This document shows positions 38,141-50,841 of a DNA stretch of 64,000 nt, in pieces (the first letter of the stretch is position 1; every line of letters begins with the position of its first letter). This DNA is from Trichosphaerium sp. ATCC 40318. Taxonomy: Eukaryota; Protista; Tubulinea. The notes below the pieces were generated by a model that saw only the letters and a list, made by a program, of their open reading frames with translations, had not been told where the DNA came from and made no database searches. The stretch is from NCBI GenBank assembly GCA_038496445.1, contig JALMLS010000612.1, forward strand, positions 496,001 through 560,000. The letters run 5' to 3'. The position numbers were made by a program, and so were the translations under genes.

Positions 38141-38217
38141 ATGTACTTGATTCGTCTATAACATCCAACGACGTATGGTGAATATGGTGAAATTGTAATC
38201 CAGCATCATTCCGTAAC
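38141..38217 (-). repeat. Inverted 77-bp copy of TRAPPC2L exon 1 end and intron start (37560-37636)
   Basis: The reverse complement matches 37560-37636 with 4 mismatches. Confidence 0.93.
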
Positions 38218-38385
38218 TGAGTTTGTAACTCAAGATAAACTAGACATCGGACATAACTTCGATCCTAACTATGAAACTGCCGCGAAACGCACGTGTGCTT
38301 TCTGAAATCTCGAGGTTTTTCAAACGCTGTAATATCAATAGTTCCAAGACAACTTTTTTTCCACACTTTTTACTTGAAGTTTAAA

Positions 38386-40429
38386 TCACAAGAGTGTAGC
38401 GTAAAATACAAGAGGTCCAAATACATTATCTATTTGACTTGTTATACCCTCATAAACTGATGTCATTACAACTGCAATGACTATATTTACCTATCGAGAC
38501 CAATAAGTTCTCTTAAACATAATATAAGGCGACATACCTGTAAGGCTTGTACGTATCCCAGCCGGTTAAACAGCGTGATCATCGCTAATACGGATAATGC
38601 TGCAGCTATTGATCCTTCGAGTGTTTTGGAAGATCCTCTCCTCCATGAAGTACGACCTATCTGCATACCAACAACACAAGCCTACAATATCTTTAGGAAC
38701 AAAGTATATAAACCCAACTTTTTGTACCATTGTATCTCCAACTGCAAGTTGAAGGACACCCGACATAACTAACATCTTGCTACCCACCCCGCCATTTATT
38801 ACTATTGGTATCGCACAACCAATAAGAAGATATAGAGGGGTTACCTAAGTAATAAATAAATATCCACAAAAGACCAAAAACCTTGTGCATTTTCCATTAT
38901 CACAGCTAAATTACGTACAATTATTGGCCCATTATCTCGACTATCAATGTAATCCCTTAGTATAGAATGTATTTGAGATCTTAGTTTTGTCACAGATGCG
39001 TAGGAGATGTTTACAGATAAGAATAGGATGATTGAAACTGTAAATGGTAATACGAGGTATTGAGCATTACCTTGTATAATAGGTGGTACAAACATACTCC
39101 CAACAAATACATGAAACACCTACCAACAGTTTTAACATATAGCACAGAAAAGGATAGACAAAAGGAGCCAAAGCATAGTTGTTTTGACTAGGATAGAGTT
39201 TTTTTGGTAATCCAAGTTCGTACCTTACGTTGCCAAGCAGGGTTATTCTTAATTCTCATCAAGTGCTTATTTGAGGATATTATAAAGAATGTAATACACA
39301 CCAATGTTACTATCCAGTTAACGTGCGTATAAATCATGCTTTTAGGACTGCTTATAAAGTAGACATAAACCAACCTACATAGGAAAAAAATAAGGCAAAT
39401 GGTTCAACGAAAAAAGCTAATAGTACCTTTGTGGTATTCCTTGTATAATACTCAGCGCCAAGCAAGATACGACTGTGATTGTGAAAGTAACCACGCGTAC
39501 ATTCTTTGGTAGTAGGAATGAACTGACTATATACAAGACTGCCAAAGCTGACCACAACACTATTATTTGTCGTGCAATTCCCAAGATAGAAGTTGTAGGA
39601 CCATACTCGTATGTAAGAATACAATAACTCAAAGACCATGATATACCACTCAAAGAGAGCATGAATTCGCCAAGTGTAAACGATGACATTATACCACTTT
39701 TAAAGAATATGATGCAACTACATGCCCACGTAGCGAATAAAACTATAATGAACGTTTTATCTAAGCAAATCATGTTAAAAAAAATCACGTGGTGAAATGT
39801 ATTTCTAAGTCAGTACCCACATCCACAAGATATAAGTAACCACTGGCAATGGAGAATAATAGACAAGGCATTGCTTTAAGTAACTTTTTTACAGTCACGT
39901 GCTATAAATCACGTGAGCATGAACAGCAACATCAAAAAAACTTGTACTTGAATGTCAAGAAGTAGAATATAACTTAATATTGTAGATAGGATTGTGGCGG
40001 CCATACCAAGGCGAGTGTACGGAGATGGAGGTAACATGTATGCTGCACAACTTAAAGGATTTAGTTTTAACCACTTCACGGTGACAAAGAGCGCTATAGC
40101 GCTGTTTTGGGACACGGAATAACTGTATGTTTATGACGCACGTTAAAGCGAGTGAACCTGCCCAAAGGCATTCCCTTGTAATTTTTCTACGCATATTTAG
40201 ACGACTTACGCCGTTTAATGTACCTCAAGCCGAATTTCAACCGTGAAATTGGTTGTACTAGTATTTCCCAAAACCATAGTGATGTTATTAAACTAATAAT
40301 AGCCATAGTACGCTTATCCCGAAGTTGGTGTTGAAATGATGCAGTTGTACGCAAATATAGCGTGTATAAGCTGAAGATGCTCCAATACAATCCATATACA
40401 AAGGCATCATTACAAGTAAGCGCTGGCAT
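38386..40429 (-). CDS. DOLK: Dolichol kinase, multi-exon
   Basis: Multi-TM protein; RK.FHV, GVLQLAVGDTMACVVG...KTLEGS and EGITSQIDNVFGPL (CTP-transferase-type motifs). Confidence 0.85.
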
Positions 40430-40653
40430 GGCTAGTTTGCCAAAAGGCAGCTGAACAAGTCGCGTAGAATAAAAATGACTTGGAGAAGTTCACTTAACAG
40501 GACATTGACGTTGACTTGTAACTCAAAACGAAATTTGAGTACTAGCCACTTAAAAGTTACTATCTACGCTATCATTTTACCCAGTGCTGACAAATTGTTT
40601 ATCGTATGTAACAGGTAGTAATTATCATTTCGGGGGTTTTTTGTTGGTACAGT

Positions 40654-42105
40654 TTATGCGTTCTTCTTGCCTTCTTTTAGCATTTTAAGGTATTCTCTTT
40701 TATCCTTATATGAAGCTTGTATAGTGGTAACACCAAGTGCTTCATTGATAAGCTATAATGCCAGTTATTTACCATGTAACAATAAGGTCTTAATGTGTAA
40801 GAAAAGTACCTTTTGTACATTTGCTGCATAGAGCTTTGGATCATTCTTCTCCTCTTCTGAAGGGTAATATACTGGTAAGTATGTAATCTCAACATAGTTT
40901 GTGAACTGCGTAAGGCAGAAAAATGCGTGTTCAACGGCACCAATAGCATCTAGAGTTGGAGAAAAATGTGTGCAAGCATATCTACCAAAAATAATTATTT
41001 TCTGTTAGAAAGGAGCTAATATTATTACCTTGTGGCAATTGGTTTAACTGGATGACCACCTACAAATGCACCACTTCTGAATGGAACTGAACTAGGTTAG
41101 TAGAATACAATAACGATATTTTTTCAGAGCTATTAGTTCACAGAACCAGACTTCAAATTCTCGACTCCATGACGTACTGGTGTATTCTCCGTTTGTTGTG
41201 GTGCCTTCTGGGAATATAACAAGAGGTCTTCCATCTAAAAATAATGCGTCATTACAAAGTTTCTACGTGACAAACTTGAACATGTTACAAACCTTTGACC
41301 TTTCCGCGAGCAGTAATCTGTTCTGTTATGCTGGCACCTTTAGTAGTAGCTTTACCTCCAGCACGTCTATTCTCATCAACGTAAATAGATCCCCAAACAT
41401 CTGCCAAATATCCTATCAACCATACTTTGGAAACAGCAGCCTTTAATGTCACGTGTCAAAAATAATTGGTTCTTCAAAACAAAAATAGAATTTATGTACC
41501 TTTGACACGAATCCAGGTACCACTTCAGCAAGTCCCATCATGAGAAGAATATCCCATTCAGCCGTGTGGTTCATTACTATTATATTTGCACGTCCATGTG
41601 GACCATCGCACTTGTGATTAGGTTAGAGTTTTTTTGTAAGAGCAGAATGATGCATACAGACTTATCACCATGTTCTTCGATATGAAATACATAGCGCAGC
41701 CACAGGCGCACCAGTGGTGATGATATGTACGAGAAATACTTTCTACGCCATGCTGGTATTCTAGCGACAAAATAAGGCTTTCGAACAACAATGATGGACT
41801 TTCAAGCCGTTATTATACGCACCCTTTGCTAATATCGCAACCAAGCATAACTACGCGTATGTAGGTGCAATACCAACAGCATAATACAAATCCAGCCATG
41901 AACCGTATTGGTAAGATAAATATAGTACAAATAATAATCTACAACATTGTTATGGCATCTACAAGCCTACAGGCGTTCGACTCACCTTAATCACCTCGTA
42001 AAGCGTCCATCCATGAGGCTTGAACCTAACAAACGGGTGGAACCTCTCAGGGAGGCCTTTCTTGTTTGCGACTTTGATTGGGTGTTCCCGTGGTATATGT
42101 GACAT
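40654..42105 (-). CDS. Lysophospholipid acyltransferase (LPCAT/LPEAT, PlsC family), multi-exon
   Basis: NHTAEWD (HxxxxD), FPEGTTTNG, GAFVGGHPVKP, LPVYYPSEEEKNDPKLYAANVQ. Confidence 0.9.
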
Positions 42106-42224
42106 CCTTGGTACGTTTTCACGTTAACGAACGCGTTGTGAAGTGTGTCAGGTGTTTTGTTGTGGTTTAAATTAAGTCACTTGTTGAATTGTTTTTATTT
42201 GCACACAATTGTACATAACAAGCC

Positions 42225-44324
42225 ATGCCCATTAGCGGTATATTTATTTTAAACACCAAAGGCGACACGCTGATAACAAAATTTTATCGCGATGATGTGA
42301 CGTGCGTATTTGTACCTATTAGTGTTATAACAGTGTTGTAAGCTATTTTGCAAAATACTGACTTGTACGTAAGGACATTTCGTGGTGCAGCTGAAGTATT
42401 TCGTTTAAAGGTGGTAACATCAAAGGACGTGCGTTCTCCGGTGCTCACAGTAGCAAATACGACCTTTTGCCACATCAAGATCGGAGATCTGTTTGTTGTA
42501 GCTGTTACAGCTTCAAACTTAAACGTTGCAATGGCCTTCGAAATCTTGTATCGTTTTTCGAATATCTGCTACCAATACTTTGGGCAAAAGTTTACGCACA
42601 CTGAAATCAAAGCAAATTACTCTCTTGTCCTTGAAATACTCGAAGGTGAGCGAATGACGCTAATTACGGGCTTATCGAAAGTTTTTTTGTACAAATCAAA
42701 CCGTTTTTATTGAAAAACTTTGTATTTAGAAATTATGGACAATGGATACCCTCAGACATCTGATATTGATTCATTGAGAGCTCTAGTACTACAAAAAAAC
42801 AAATTAGGTGGTAAAAAGGTAAATGACAGACCTGTCGATTGGAGTGACATAAAACTGATTTATTCGTTTTTACTCATTTTTGATTTTTTTTTAGATTAAA
42901 GAAAAAGACCTTCATAGTCGTATTTCTCAAGCAACTGGTGCTATACCTTGGAGAAGAGAGGGCATAGTTTACACTAAGAATGAGTTATTCATTGACGTTG
43001 TTGAGAGTATTGATTTATTGGTGTCACAAGATAGTATGCTTTTCTCCTTCACTTAATTGTTTAAATTTAATGCATTTTCTGACCTCTGTTATAGACGAGA
43101 TTTTGAATGTTGCTGTCGCTGGACAAATTTTAATGCGTACTCGCTTGTCAGGTACACTTTTTTCTTGGTTTTACTGTTTTCTTCATAATTCTCTTGTCTG
43201 ATCCTTTGTAAGGCAAACCTGAATGTATATTTGGTATGAATGATACATTGACATTGAATTCTGAACAAGGAAAAGCACATCGTGAGCAATCTGGTGCAAT
43301 GTATGAGTTTCCGTGGTTTTTTTTGGAATTTTGAATGAAAAATGAACTAAAAATGTTTTGTAGGCCTAGTGGAGGTGTAGAGCTTGATGATGTTACATTC
43401 CATCAATGTGTTAACCTAGCAAAATTTGAAAGCGAATCAACTATTAGTTTTATTCCTCCAGATGGAGCCTTTGAACTCATGAGGTACTGGTTGTTGAAAG
43501 AAGTTTTTACCAAATTTGAATCTATTTCTAAAGTTTTTTTGTTTAGATACCGCTATACAGAGCTTGTCAAGAAAAATTTACCTTTCAGAATAATTTCTAA
43601 TATAAGAGAAGTTGGAACGTACGTTGAGGAATAGTTTGTTTGTGTTCAAATATGGAAGAGAATATTTAATGATGTTTTACTTTAGAACAAAAGTTGAAGT
43701 ACAAATCACTGTCAAGTCTACATTCGATAGCAAGACTGAGGCTTTGAATATTACAATATTTGTACCAACACCAGATAACACTGCCATATGTAGATGCCAG
43801 GTTGTTCAGGTGCGTAGTAACAAAGAAAAAACGAAAAAAGAAAAATTGCCTAAATTTTCTTCTTTTTTGACATACTTGATTTAATCATCTATTAGGGTCC
43901 AGGTAAAGCTAAATATAAAGCAGAAGAAGGAGGTATTGTATGGAAGTACGTTACTACTCTACACCACGCATATTTGAGTCCATTGAACAACTTTTATTAA
44001 ATTGTTATGATAGGATGAAACGGTTCCCTGGATGTCGTCAGTTTGTAATGCGTGGCGTTGTCGAACTTATAAATACAAATAATAGTGATGAACGTCGTGC
44101 TTGGTCACGACCACCAATTAGAATGACATTTAACGTACCTGGATTTGCTGCTTCTGGGTTACAAACAAAGTTTGTTAAAGTAATCGAAAAAAGCGGATAC
44201 CACACAACCAGGGTACGCTACCTTATTTTTAATCTTTTCATATATTTTTTGACACATTGATTAACTATATGCTTAGTGGGTGCGATATTTAACAAAGTCA
44301 GGAAACTATCAAATCCGAATGTAA
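42225..44324 (+). CDS. AP2M1: AP-2 complex subunit mu, multi-exon
   Basis: [84 protein letters not shown]. Confidence 0.9.
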
Positions 44325-44588
44325 GAACAAACCAAGAAACTTTACAAAAAAAAAAAAAGTGTTTAATGTACATTGTGAACGCGAAAAACACGTGGTGGTA
44401 TTTGCTTTCCACGTGTATAATAATACAAAAAAGACTGTATTCTAAAAGATGTTTGTAAAATGAATGGTTCAAACAATTCCTAAAGTAGATTTTGGTGAAA
44501 GAACAAAACCACAAAAGCCACTTTTGGGTAACTTAAGAAAAAGAGTCGGTTAAGACATTTCTACAACTACAATTGTATAAAACGCACT

Positions 44589-46039
44589 ATGGCTAATACA
44601 GGCGCAGGATCTGCTACTGATTTACGTTCTAAAGCTGGCTCAGCACAAAATTGTAACGACTTGAGTCTTGTAGACGCTCCTATTTCGAATCTGTTCCCTG
44701 TTGTCATAAACAAACAAGATATGGAACGTTTTATGCTATCTAAGGAGCAATTGGCCGATTACAAACGCGACGGTTTTTTAAAGAACATACAAGTACTCCC
44801 TGTGCCTTCGTTATATTGTATTTAAGCATGTGAATAGGTATTAACCGAGTCACAATGCGACAAAATGCTTGAAGCGCTAGAAATTCTAAAAGACCCAAAT
44901 CACCCTTCCTTTCCGCTTTGGTACCTTCAATACACCGTAAACACAAACTCTAATGACATGACAGGCACGAATTTCACGCTAACGAAACGGGCGATCCAAA
45001 TCACGTGTTATTCCATGCATTAGGTAACTATCACGTGCTAGTACAGTTCGAGGTTTAATGGTATGTTGTAGGTGCTTGGAGAATTTCTGAGCTGTTTCAT
45101 GACATCATACGCCATCCAGCAGTTACTGTAGCTGCTTCTCAGTGTTTTGGCGTAGACGATGGTTCTAATGAATGTCAAAAAGTTAGGTTTTGGCATGACC
45201 AGCTATTCTGTAAACCACCAAAGCATGGTGCAATTGTAGCATGGCATCAGGTATGTTTTTAAGAGCGAGTCTATTTTTAAGAATAAAGTAGGATTACTCG
45301 TACTGGACAAGAACTGCTCCAATGGCGCATTTAACTGTTCATATTGCTCTCGAAGATCAGGTTAGTAAAAAGAGAAGCCCAACAAATGCAGTGACGTATT
45401 GTATAGACATTAGAAAACGGGTCTCTCCACTACGTTCCCGGTTCTCATAATTGGCCATTACTTCCAGGTTTGTTTTGAATTGAAATGGTAGTGTTATTTA
45501 TCTTATTATAGTTACTTCGAGACACTTTGATAATATGGACTCTATCATGACTGTACTCGATGAAGATCAAAAGAAGCAGTTCAAAACTGTACCAACGCTA
45601 CTAAAGGTAAACAAAGCTAATGACAAGACCGAACAAAACTTTTTGGTTGCCATTTTGTTAACCAGTTTACAGACCCTTGTGTGTAGGTTGATTAATTTAT
45701 AGTATAATATATACTTGCTTGTTGTAATCAAGTTTTGATTATTGTTTTCTTTAGAAAGGTCAAGCATCAATACATCATCCTAAACTTGTTCATGGATCTT
45801 GGGGAAACAAGTCAGATAAACAAAGAAGAGCTACTGTTGTGAATTTATTCAAAGATGGTGTTACATCCGTTACAGATGACGTTCTCTTAGAAGGTGTACC
45901 AGTCTTCAAAAAAGGCAAAAAACTAGAGGTATAGTTACTCGTCACTTTCTTTTTCAATGAATAGGAGAAGTTAATTAATCTTATTTTTTTTAAGGGTCAA
46001 TTCTTTCCGTTGGTTTTTGATCCAGCTCGTGTTGCTTAG
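44589..46039 (+). CDS. Phytanoyl-CoA dioxygenase (PhyH) family 2OG-Fe(II) oxygenase, multi-exon
   Basis: [48 protein letters not shown]. Confidence 0.9.
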
Positions 46040-46218
46040 ATATAACAGACTTTTTTACCCAACACTCTATATAATAGTTTACAGTGTATAACCATTTACT
46101 TGTATCTCTAGTCAAATACTTTGCCATTACTAAATTTTTTGTCACAATTTTCTTATTGTCCAGATACTTATTTTGGATTACACGTCCTCTTTGGTGTTAA
46201 GCTTAACATGTGTTTTGT

Positions 46219-46299
46219 TTATTTTGAGCTACTCCATACACGAAATGGTTTTAGATTTCTTTGATTATTGTTTGTTGGTAAATTAAAGGTGTCACCTTG
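46219..46299 (-). pseudogene. Orphaned 3' end of the minus-strand F-box-PPP copy
   Basis: The reverse complement matches 50768-50841 (KPFRVWS..K* end). Confidence 0.75.
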
Positions 46300-46721
46300 A
46301 ATTGGCAGCGTTATCTGCACTGACACTGAATGGGTTAAGGAATATTATGGCCTTTGCGATATTTTGACAGATATTCTGAGCTATGAATAAGCGTCAAATT
46401 GCTCGTGATAAAAAAGAGGCAGATCCTAGTATAGAAGTACGTGTTATTGGGTTGTTGAAATTATGTTTGTTTTGTGTTTTGTTCTTTTACCAAATTGTAG
46501 GTCGACTCATTTTGAACAATATGCTCACTTGATATCTAATAAAGAATGTTATGATAGACACTTTACAGACATTGTTGTCTACAGTTACAGTAGCCAATTG
46601 GCTATGCCTGAGGTAAAAATTGACGTGGCAACTAATTATGCCAACAAAAGCTAACTGTCTTTCTTTTGTAGAAACTAGAATGGATGAAGATGATCTCTTG
46701 GAAATGTATTGTCAACATCGT
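46297..46721 (+). pseudogene. Inverted, frameshifted fragment of the SET-MYND gene (source about 33137-33592)
   Basis: Near-identity to the reverse complement of the source, introns included (e.g. gctatgaataagcgtcaaattgctcgtgataaaaaagaggcagatcctagtatagaagtacg), with small indels. Confidence 0.92.
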
Positions 46722-47808
46722 TTAAAAGAAACCCATCAACTTATATGAAAAACCTACAACAAACATACCTGCTCTACGCAAACAACCCCAACCACTTCTT
46801 TCGTCATAATTTGTCCACAAAAAGTCGTTTATTGGTCCATCATGCGGTACATCATCATCTCGAGAAAGTGCTCTTATATCACCTAATGTATCTGTAGAAG
46901 GACTAAGGCCGCCATGAACGCAAAAATACGTATCACCAATGATAGCTACTGTACAAAACGGTTATTGAATTCAAACAACAATAAAGTCCAAGTACCCAGA
47001 GGAAGAGCATTGAATGCCGAGCAAAACATCTTCCATATTGATTTATCATATAGTTTGGTACATGTATCATAGAGGCCGTACACCTGTGTTACCTGCAACG
47101 ATTCATGACTGCCTCGTAGCATATGTATTTGATGAGGATACTTGAGCTTCAAAGCAAATAGTAGTGTTATCACACGGATTGAAAAATGACCTCTTGACAT
47201 AAATGTAAGGAAGGTAATTGTAGATAAACAACCATTGGTGAACACAAAAGAGCATGTGTTTTTACATTACCTGTTGACATAGTTCCCCAAGAAAAGAAAG
47301 TTGACATCTGGAGGCACACCCTCTATTTTAAATATCTCGAGCAAGTCTGACAAATGTCCTTGAATATTACCAACAACAGAGATGGGTGCATCAATAGTGA
47401 GAATATTATCTTCTTTTAAGAATACTTTCCTTGCTTGTGTTGCAATGATGACAAGTGTTTCAACTCGAATTGGTTTGTGACACATGCAAGCATGTATAGC
47501 TGATGTCAAGATGGAGTCCATACAGTAAGATAACATAAACCTAAATCGTGGCTTATAGTTCATCTACGATGCCGTTAACAGTAAAAGAGAACTCATGCTT
47601 AAGCATACACTTGTGACGTTTGTTTCACTGTCATCAATTGGAGTAAGATCGTATTTTTAAGCATAAACGTCCAAAATCGATTGTTACTCACCACGTTATG
47701 CATATAAACGCATGAAGCGCTCAAACAGCATAAATGAGTGTAATTTAAATTAGTTGTTATTTGAAGAAACGTTTCCAACGGCAGATACTGTAAATGTGGA
47801 GTTGTCAT
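46722..47808 (-). pseudogene. F-box + PPP-phosphatase-like gene, 3'-disrupted copy
   Basis: F-box [12 protein letters not shown]..; PPP-like [22 protein letters not shown]; broken within an intron by the SET-MYND fragment. Confidence 0.85.
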
Positions 47809-48289
47809 GATGCCTTCGACCCAGAAATAGATCACTGACATTGAACAGTTTAAGCCACCATTGAGTCAAACTTTTTCGACCAAGCAAACAGTGTCAATTT
47901 GTTCTATTTGGTTTCATTGTTTTTGTGAAGGTACGAAAGGACCTTTGAATCTTGGAAGATGTAAAACGATCATAGATCCTTTTGTTAGTCACCAAGAATT
48001 GAAATATGACTAGTATGAGTTGTACTTGATGATGTTTCAACCATTGAGACAGAAAAGATTCACTAAAACGATTTACTACAAGCACCAATGTACCTTGTGG
48101 TCCTCTTTCAGATTGGGTAGTTGTCCTACATGTGGCACTATATATGACGAAAATTTAAAACCACAGGAATGGCCCAGACATTTGCCTCTAGACTAATCAC
48201 GTGTACACCTTTGAGCAAAATAAGGAACATTTTGAGAATGTTAAGGTATGCTTGGTTTTTGTTGAACGTCAGTTTTCTATGGGCGGATC

Positions 48290-50841
48290 ATGACAGCACA
48301 TTTACAGTATCTACCATTGGAAACGTTACTTCAAATAACAACTAATTTAAATTACACTCATTTATGCTGTTTGAGCGCTTCATGTGTTTATATGCATAAC
48401 ATGGTGAGTAACAATAGATTCTGGACGTTTATGCTCAAAAATACGGCTCTTAAGCAGATTGATAACTCCAAAACATACAATATATCTCTGTCGACTGAAT
48501 AAGCTACAAGTCCTTTGTGAGCATTTAAACTGTCTCAATAGTTATTAGAGTGTGGTGTGATGCGTTACAGAAAGAGTAAAGCTCATATTGTTAGCACAGT
48601 GGGTGGTAGATTTTCTGTATTTCTATGAAAAAACTCATTTTTTTGTATGCCAAACTTACTACCTCACGTGATTAATTAATGTCGCATTTTATAAGTAATT
48701 ATTAATCTGTGCACCTTTGAATACTTATGGTATGTTTAAAAGGGATTTAAACAAAAAATACAATTTAACTGCTTGAAAAGTATGTATACGCATTAGTAAT
48801 GCTGTTAAGTTAATTTGTGTTGATTTATAAAACTATAGCAATTCAAACTTTTTAAAACAACACACAATTAGTGCGAATAGAATAGCTTGATATTCTTGTG
48901 GCTTAAACCACCATTTTGGTGTTTTTTATTTTCTTAGCACCACGCTTGTAACCCTAATTTGAATTAGGGCTGTGACACTAACCCTATTTTGTAATTAGGG
49001 TTTATTCTGCAATGACATCTTACAACAACCTACACATGCTGATCTAACAACAAAAGTATCTGTAACCCATAAGACAAGAATTTAGATCTAAACAGTTGTG
49101 TTTGAAGCTGCACATACAGTACGTTTTATATGAAACCCTACTTTGAATTAGGGTTAGACACTGTTTGGTGATTAGGGTTAGGGTTTATCCATTGTGACAT
49201 CCGTGTGATCCATAGTTGCACTCAGTTTGATACCAACAAAAGACTTATGTATTGTATTTATTGTACTGTTTTTGAGTTTGTTGGTACCCTTTGTACATGG
49301 GTACTTGATGAATGTGGACATTAGCAATGTCAGAAAATAAACTTCAGCTTTCTGTGAACACAAAAAAAGGCTGCGGATGCTGCTCAAATTTGAGTAAAAA
49401 ATTGTCCAAAATTCCACCCGCTTGTACTCCTTGTGTGTAGTCGCTTGTGTGTGGAGAGTGGATATATGTATGAAATGACTGGCTAACTATTTGTGGTGTT
49501 ATTCAGTCGATAGAGATATGTGTACGCTAGTAGAAACATGTTTGTAACTGTTTTTTGAGAACATCTTTCATTACTCATACTAAGACCAACACGTGTCGCC
49601 ATTAACAGACTTGTAGATGAATCCAAGATTTAGGTTTATGTTATCTTACTGTATGGACTCCATCTTGACATCAGTGATACATGCTTGCATGTGTCACAAA
49701 CCAATTCGAATTGAAACACTTGTCATCATTGCAACACAAGCAAGAAAAATATTCTTAAAAGAAGATAATATTCTCGCTATTGATGCACCCATCTCTGTTG
49801 TTGGTAATATTCAAGGACATTTGTCAGACTTGCTTGAGATATTTAAAATAGAGGGTATGCCTCCAGATGTCAACTTTCTTTTCTTGGGAAACTATGTCAA
49901 CAGGTAATGTAAAAACACGTGCTCTTTTGTTCATCAATGGTTCTTCATCTACGATTCTCTTACATTTATGTCAAGAGGTCAATTTTCAATCCGTGTGATA
50001 ACACTACTATTTGCTTTGAAGCTCAAGTATCCTTATCAAATACATATGCTACGAGGGAATCATGAATCATATTTAACACAACGTTATGGCTTTAAAAACG
50101 AGTGTATCAAGAAATATGATGAATCAATCTGCAATTTGTTTTGTTCTGCATTCAATGCTCTTCCTCTGGGTACTTGACTTTATTGTTGTTTGAATTCAAT
50201 AACCCCTTTGTACAGTAGGTATCGTTGGTGATACGTATTTTTGTGTTCATGGTAGCCTTAGTCCTTCTGTGGATACACTAGATGATATAAGAGCACTTCC
50301 TCGAGATGATGATGTTCCATATGATGGACCAATTTGTGACTTATTGTGGAGCCATTATTGCGAAGATACACTTGGCTGGAAATTGCCAAATAGAAGTAGT
50401 GAGTTTTCTTTATCATTCTTTATGACGGCTAATTGTTACCCAGCAGAATTCACATTTGGAGAAGATATCACAGAGCAGTTTCTAAACAGAAATAACTTAC
50501 AGGGCATAATTAGATCACACGATTTGGTGATGGAAGGATATGTAAATGTCCATAACAACAAACTACATCACATATATAGTGCTTCGAGCTATTGCAATAG
50601 GTGTGATAACAATGGTACGAGAATTTGACACAAAACAAACTTGTTTTTCTAATTACATACCTGTCTCTATTTAGGTGCTGTTCTTCGTATCATGGAAGAC
50701 TTGAGTGTACATCCACAATATCATAAAATAACTAAAGAACAACGGATATCATTTCAGAAAGTTGTAAGCAAGGTAGACACCAAGAATAGTCCAACAAACA
50801 AACATCCAAAACCATTTCGTGTATGGAGTAGATCAAAATAA
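48290..50841 (+). CDS. F-box + PP2A/PP4-like pseudophosphatase, exon 1 interrupted by a TIR element
   Basis: F-box exon; GNIQG, GNYVNRG, RGNHE, HGSLSP, DLLWSH, IRSHD, SASSYC; removing the 48485-49516 insertion and one TA restores ...KTYNIC|MNPRF. Confidence 0.8.
48483..49518. mobile_element. Non-autonomous TIR DNA transposon (about 1.03 kb) with TA TSD
   Basis: Inverted repeats atatctctgtcgactgaataa (48482-48502) and ttattcagtcgatagagatat (49499-49519); absent from the paralogous copy; no recognisable transposase. Confidence 0.85.
48949..49186. repeat. Telomere-like AACCCTA..TTAGGG palindromic motifs inside the transposon
   Basis: Three hairpins (48949-48969, 48979-49002, 49133-49155) plus TTAGGGTTAGGG at 49172-49183. 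Confidence 0.8.

Noticed and set aside
49133-49186. Chromosome end or telomerase RNA template
   Set aside because: Only two tandem TTAGGG units, lying inside a TIR element with genes on both sides
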